Shown: positions 59,657-64,000 of the stretch, one piece after another | How positions within the stretch are numbered: the first letter of the stretch is position 1 | Layout: each line of letters starts with the position of its first letter | DNA from: an uncultured Campylobacter sp. | GTDB taxonomy: Bacteria; Actinomycetota; Actinomycetes; Mycobacteriales; Mycobacteriaceae | DNA: 64,000 nucleotides | Reading direction: 5' to 3' | NCBI GenBank assembly: GCA_946221035.1 | Contig: CAMIME010000001.1 | Coordinates: forward strand, 111,490 to 175,489 | The notes under the pieces: generated by a model | What the model was told of the DNA's origin: nothing | The model's database searches: none | The model's input: only the letters and a program-made list of their open reading frames with translations | Translations under genes and position numbers: made by a program

Positions 59657-61384
59657 TCAGCCGCGAATCTTGGCAACTTCCGCCTGGGCCCGCGAGTACA
59701 GCTCTGCGGCGTGCGCTCGACCGGTAGCGGAATCGTCCAACCCCGCCATCATCCGGGCGAGCTCCTCGATCCGGTCCTCGTCACCCAAACTTGCAACGCC
59801 CGAGGTGACCGCCTCGTCTCCCACATCCTTGGACACGTGCAGGTGGGTGTCCGCGTACGCCGCCACCTGGGGCAGGTGCGTCACCACAATGACCTGGTTA
59901 CGCGTGGCAAGTCGTGCGAGTCGGCGACCGATCTCCACCGCCGCGCGCCCGCCCACTCCGGCATCGACCTCATCAAAGACCATGGTGGCCCCGGATGTCG
60001 ATTCCGACAGGATCACTTCAAGCGCAAGCATGACGCGGGACAGCTCACCGCCGGAGGCGGACGTGGCCAGGGGTTTCGCCTCGAGGGCCGCGTTGGGCGC
60101 GAGCAGGATGTCTACCGCATCCGCACCGTCGCGGCCGTACTTCGCAGGTTCGAGCTCGACCTTCAGGCGCGCCTTCGGCATCGCCAAACCGTGAAGCTCC
60201 TCCGTCACGGCCTCAGCCAGCCGCGCCGCGGCGTTCGACCTCGCCTTCGTGAGCGCCTTCGCCTTGGCCACCATCGCCTTCTCCAGCTCGGCCACACGCG
60301 CTGTGAGCTTCTCCACCGCCTCTTCGGAGGTGTCAATCTTGGCCAGCCGCTTACTCGCCTTCTCCCGCCAGACGGCGACACCCGCCGCGTCTGGGGCGTA
60401 CTTGCGGGTGAGCGACTTCAGCTCCTGTTGGCGCTGTAGGAGGCGCTCCAGCTCACCGGGGTCGCTCGGCAGGCTTGCCATATAGGTGCCCAGCTCACCC
60501 GACACGTCGGCCAGGACACCGGCAACGTCGCCCAACCTAGTGCCGATGTCGCGCAACTGCGCATCGCTCGACCCATCCAGCGCAGCCTGGGCGCGACCGA
60601 TGAGATCTGACGCCGGCTCTTCCTCTCCCCCGAATCCGCCGATGGCCTCCGCGCCGTCAATTGCTACCAGTGCAGTCTCGGCGGCTTCCCGCAACGCGTC
60701 AACATCCTGGAGCCGGTTGATTGTGGCCACTAGCTCCTCATCTTCACCCGGCTGTGGGTCCACGGCGTCGATTTCATCGATAGCGAACCGCAACCGGTCC
60801 ATTTCCTGGGCGAGTTCCTGCCGCTTCTCCGTGCGCTCCTTCAAGTCTCTCGCCGCCACACGCCACGCAGCCCACGCCTCGCGGTACGCGTCCAGTTTGG
60901 CCGCAATTGCGGGGTCAAATCGGTCGAGCGCGGCAAGCTGCTGGTCGGGCGACATCAGCCGAAGCTGGTCGTTTTGTCCGTGGATGGTCAGCAGCTGCTC
61001 TGCGACCTCACCCAGCGTCGCCGCAGGCACTTTCCGGCCACCCAGGTGCGCGCTCGAGCGGCCCGTCGCTTTCACAGCCCTCGAGACGACGTACTCGTCG
61101 TTCTCATCAGGCATCGCCCCCGCGCCCTCCGCGATCTCGTGCACCCGCGTAGCGACGTCCTCCGGCACCCCCGCCACCGAAAACGCCCCCTCCACAACGG
61201 CTTCCCCGGCACCCGTGCGCACACGCGAGGCATCGGCGCGGCCACCCGTGAGCAGCCGTAGCCCCGTGACCACCATGGTCTTGCCTGCACCGGTTTCACC
61301 GGTAAGCACAGTCAGCCCCGGGGACAGCTCGGCCGCGGCATGCGGGATGACCCCCAGGTTGGAAATCGTGATCTCGCTAAGCAC
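59657..61384 (-). CDS. recN: DNA repair protein RecN
   Basis: An SMC-like protein with an N-terminal Walker A (GETGAGKT), a long coiled coil and a C-terminal signature/Walker B. The start is probably the in-frame GTG near 61384 (VLSEITISNLGVI), not the upstream ATG at 61444. Confidence 0.85.
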   Translation of the reverse strand: MLSEITISNLGVIPHAAAELSPGLTVLTGETGAGKTMVVTGLRLLTGGRADASRVRTGAGEAVVEGAFSVAGVPEDVATRVHEIAEGAGAMPDENDEYVVSRAVKATGRSSAHLGGRKVPAATLGEVAEQLLTIHGQNDQLRLMSPDQQLAALDRFDPAIAAKLDAYREAWAAWRVAARDLKERTEKRQELAQEMDRLRFAIDEIDAVDPQPGEDEELVATINRLQDVDALREAAETALVAIDGAEAIGGFGGEEEPASDLIGRAQAALDGSSDAQLRDIGTRLGDVAGVLADVSGELGTYMASLPSDPGELERLLQRQQELKSLTRKYAPDAAGVAVWREKASKRLAKIDTSEEAVEKLTARVAELEKAMVAKAKALTKARSNAAARLAEAVTEELHGLAMPKARLKVELEPAKYGRDGADAVDILLAPNAALEAKPLATSASGGELSRVMLALEVILSESTSGATMVFDEVDAGVGGRAAVEIGRRLARLATRNQVIVVTHLPQVAAYADTHLHVSKDVGDEAVTSGVASLGDEDRIEELARMMAGLDDSATGRAHAAELYSRAQAEVAKIRG

Positions 61385-61395
61385 GTCACACCGCC

Positions 61396-62349
61396 TTAAC
61401 GCTGCGCATCCGGCTCGCGCACCGGCTTGCGCGGACCGCGCCACCCAGATACCGGCAACCGGAATTTGTCTACCAACCTGTCGGTGAACGGCCGGTCGTC
61501 GAGACGCACCCAGCGAACGGGCCGCGACCCGCGGATCACCTCGACGCGGGCGCCAGGTGGCATGGAAATGCGCCGCACCCCGTCCATCACCGCCACCGCT
61601 TCGCTAGTCTGCGGCTCAGATTCCACCGCTACCGTGGAACGTGGCGAAACGACCATGGGCTTGGCAAACAGCGCGTGGGCGTTGTTCGGCACAACCAAAA
61701 TGGCGTCCAAGGCGGGCCACATCACCGGGCCCCCTGCGGAGAACGCATAAGCCGTGGATCCGGTTGGCGTGGAAATCAACACCCCATCGCACCCAAACGA
61801 CGACACCGGCCGGAAGTCGACCTCCAGCGTCGCATCCAACACCCGCGTCCGGTCGATGTTCTCGATCGAGCACTCATTCAGCGCCCACCCCCGGCCAATC
61901 TCCTGGCCCTCGGCATCGGTCACCGCCACATCGATGGTCATCCGCTCTGTCACCCGATACGCCCTGTCGATGACCTGGCCCACCACAGACTCAAGGCTCT
62001 CGGCGTCGCCTTCCGCCAAGAACCCGATGTGGCCCAAGTTGATCCCAAGTACCGGAATGTCCTGGGCCCGGGCGTACCCCGCGGCGCGCAAGAAGGTCCC
62101 GTCACCGCCGAGCACGAGCACGAGCTCGCACCCCGCCGCAGCGTCATCACGCGCGGCCACCCGGCGTAGCTTCCCCAGCACCGGGTCATCCGCAATCGCC
62201 GACATGTCTTCCTGCTCAAGCAGCCGCACCGCGATTCCAGCCTGTTGAAGTTGCTGCGCCGCCCGAGCCGCCGAGTCAATATTGGAGGCCCGAAATAGGT
62301 GCGGAACAAGCAGGATCTCCCGCGCGCGTTCAGTTGCGTCAACCATCAC
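61396..62349 (-). CDS. nadK: NAD+ kinase
   Basis: It has the GGDG motif (LVLVLGGDGTFL) and the NE/D short motif, and lies upstream of recN as in actinobacteria. Confidence 0.85.
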   Translation of the reverse strand: MMVDATERAREILLVPHLFRASNIDSAARAAQQLQQAGIAVRLLEQEDMSAIADDPVLGKLRRVAARDDAAAGCELVLVLGGDGTFLRAAGYARAQDIPVLGINLGHIGFLAEGDAESLESVVGQVIDRAYRVTERMTIDVAVTDAEGQEIGRGWALNECSIENIDRTRVLDATLEVDFRPVSSFGCDGVLISTPTGSTAYAFSAGGPVMWPALDAILVVPNNAHALFAKPMVVSPRSTVAVESEPQTSEAVAVMDGVRRISMPPGARVEVIRGSRPVRWVRLDDRPFTDRLVDKFRLPVSGWRGPRKPVREPDAQR

Positions 62350-63174
62350 CTAACTTGGTCCTTCCTCTACCGCGCGGTGCACCAAGGCAGCCAAAGCGGC
62401 ATCGTCCTGCATGCGCGCGCCGCCGTCTTTCACCAGCCACAAGAAGTATTCCACGTTGCCGCTCGGTCCCGGCAGCGGGGAGGCGACAGCGGACTTCACG
62501 CTCAACCCCAGCGACTGCGCAAACCGAGCGACATCCAGCGTGACCTCCGTCCGCAGCTCGGGCGAGCGCACGACTCCGCCGCTTCCAATGCGATCTTTTC
62601 CCACCTCAAACTGCGGTTTCACCATGGGCAGAAGGTCCGCCCCGTCCGCCATGCAATCCACCAGCGCGGGTAGCACCAGCTTCAACGAGATAAACGACAG
62701 GTCACCCACCATCAGATCCGCCGGACCACCCATCATCTCCGGGGTGAGATTGCGGATATTCGTCCGGTCCAGCACCGTCACCCGCTCGTCGTTCTGCAGC
62801 CGCCACAACAACTGCCCGTAGCCGACGTCGACTGCGACCACCTCGCGCGCGCCGCGCGACAGCAGCACATCCGTAAACCCGCCCGTCGACGCCCCAGCAT
62901 CCAACGCCTTCCGCTTATCGACGACAAGTCCTTCCGCCCCGAACACGTCCAACGCCCCAAGCAATTTGTGCGCCCCGCGCGACGCCCAATCGTCGCCTTC
63001 GTCGACGCTCACCTTGATCGAGGCCTCCGGCTCCACCACAGTGGCCGGTTTGGTCGCGGTGAACCCTGCGACCTCGACGCGGCCAGCCTTAATCCACGCT
63101 TGCGCCTGCTCGCGTGACCGCGCGATCTTGCGCCGCACCAGTTCCGCATCTAGCCGAGTCCGCTTCGGTGGCAT
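62350..63174 (-). CDS. tlyA: TlyA-family rRNA 2'-O-methyltransferase (hemolysin-like)
   Basis: An S4 domain and an FtsJ-like MTase domain. The start is probably the ATG at 63172-63174 (MPPKRTRLDAELVRR). Confidence 0.8.
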   Translation of the reverse strand: MPPKRTRLDAELVRRKIARSREQAQAWIKAGRVEVAGFTATKPATVVEPEASIKVSVDEGDDWASRGAHKLLGALDVFGAEGLVVDKRKALDAGASTGGFTDVLLSRGAREVVAVDVGYGQLLWRLQNDERVTVLDRTNIRNLTPEMMGGPADLMVGDLSFISLKLVLPALVDCMADGADLLPMVKPQFEVGKDRIGSGGVVRSPELRTEVTLDVARFAQSLGLSVKSAVASPLPGPSGNVEYFLWLVKDGGARMQDDAALAALVHRAVEEGPS

Positions 63175-63243
63175 GCCCGTGTCCTTCCTGCCTCTTCGAA
63201 TTCGGTTCACATCCGGTTCTAATCCGATTCAGATCCGGGTAGC

Positions 63244-63386
63244 TCAGTGAGGTGGTTCACGCCGGAGCGCATCGTGGAGCACCGCGTGGGCGCGAGCGAG
63301 CATCTCTGCCTCGTCCCCGGCGTCTGCAGGGTCTTGCGAAAGCGCCGCCTCGAACTGCCGAGTGACCTCGTCCGCGCTCACAGTCA
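63244..63386 (-). CDS. Small conserved hypothetical protein (47 aa, Rv1693-position)
   Basis: A short ORF MTVSADEVTRQFEAALSQDPADAGDEAEMLARAHAVLHDALRREPPH lies between tlyA and the HAD hydrolase gene. The call rests on synteny alone. Confidence 0.3.
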
Positions 63387-63430
63387 TTTGACGCGGATCA
63401 CGCGGCTTCGGGCCGCCAGGAAAGGTCACG

Positions 63431-64000
63431 CTACCACCACTGCTTCGTCGCCGCGTCTGCCGCGTCCGAGTTCGGACGAACCAGCTCGGGCGGGGAATCC
63501 ATATGCCATGCAACCTGCAGCGCGGTCCGCAGCGCCTGCACGCTGGTGGCGCCCTCATCCCCACCGCTGAGGATGATGTCACTTCCGTCAACCCGGGCGG
63601 TGAAGCCACCCTGAGCACCGGGGCGAAGTTTCGCCGCCTCTTGACTGAGTCCACGCAGATCTTCCGCGATGTACGTCGGGCGATGTTCGGGCGGAGCCTC
63701 CAGGAGCGCGAGAGGTCCAGACACGCCAGTGAGCACGTGCAGCGTATCCACGCCAGCCGCCACTCCACCCGCGATGTCCGTATCCAACCGATCTCCAACC
63801 GCAAGCGGCCGCGTCGCCCCGGTCGCGGCGACCGCCTGGGTGAACATTGCCGGCTCTGGCTTTCCGGCAGACCGCGGAACCACCCCGGTCGCGGAGGTCA
63901 CTGCCGCAACCATCGATCCGTTACCGACCATGAACCCCCGCTCCATGGGCAGCGTTGTATCCAGGTTGGACGCGAGATACTGGGCGCCACGTTGAATAGC
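63431..64000 (-). CDS. HAD-IIA family hydrolase, C-terminal part (5' end lies outside the window)
   Basis: Translation contains GKPEPAMF and the distal Asp motifs of HAD-IIA. The reading frame stays open to the window edge. Confidence 0.65.
   Translation of the reverse strand, partial: AIQRGAQYLASNLDTTLPMERGFMVGNGSMVAAVTSATGVVPRSAGKPEPAMFTQAVAATGATRPLAVGDRLDTDIAGGVAAGVDTLHVLTGVSGPLALLEAPPEHRPTYIAEDLRGLSQEAAKLRPGAQGGFTARVDGSDIILSGGDEGATSVQALRTALQVAWHMDSPPELVRPNSDAADAATKQWW

Noticed and set aside
60486-61487. 333-aa plus-strand ORF, Ser/Ala/Pro-rich
   Set aside because: It is antisense to recN and its composition is low-complexity.
1-64000. Search for CRISPR arrays, IS elements, integrases other than xerD, and toxin-antitoxin pairs
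   Set aside because: No regularly spaced direct repeats, transposase-like ORFs or small adjacent TA-like gene pairs were seen. xerD is the housekeeping chromosome-dimer resolvase in its conserved context, not a mobile-element integrase.

Overview
This window looks like a core chromosomal segment of a high-GC actinobacterium, with gene order and content typical of Corynebacterium. No mobile elements, CRISPR arrays or obvious defence islands were found. Notable points are: a proteasome-less pupylation locus (arc, dop, pup, pafA, pafB, pafC) interrupted by a ~3.3 kb block carrying a lower-GC thioredoxin-reductase-like gene plus pdxR-pdxS without pdxT; tatA and tatC; helY; the fxsA, lnt/ppm2, ppm1, rbpA cluster; ufaA-like, ndh, corA, gnd; a DEAD-box helicase; a pair of DUF21-CBS (CNNM/CorC) membrane proteins; the conserved MerR, bifunctional-nuclease, FtsR, OdhI(GarA), SecA2 cluster; tRNA-Pro(GGG); and the der, cmk, rluB, scpB, scpA, parA, xerD, NUDIX, steB, steA, recN, nadK, tlyA block, in which pyrG is absent between steB and the NUDIX gene. 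Many long six-frame ORFs are antisense artefacts of the high GC content and were rejected. Points worth a second look are: the inserted pdxR-pdxS block, a vWA-like membrane protein, a Gly/Ala-rich secreted protein next to xerD, a paralogous esterase pair flanking a methyltransferase, a 71-aa dehydrogenase-tail remnant, a direct repeat upstream of odhI, a small CGNR-like zinc-ribbon gene divergent from rbpA, and a C-terminally extended Ppm1.
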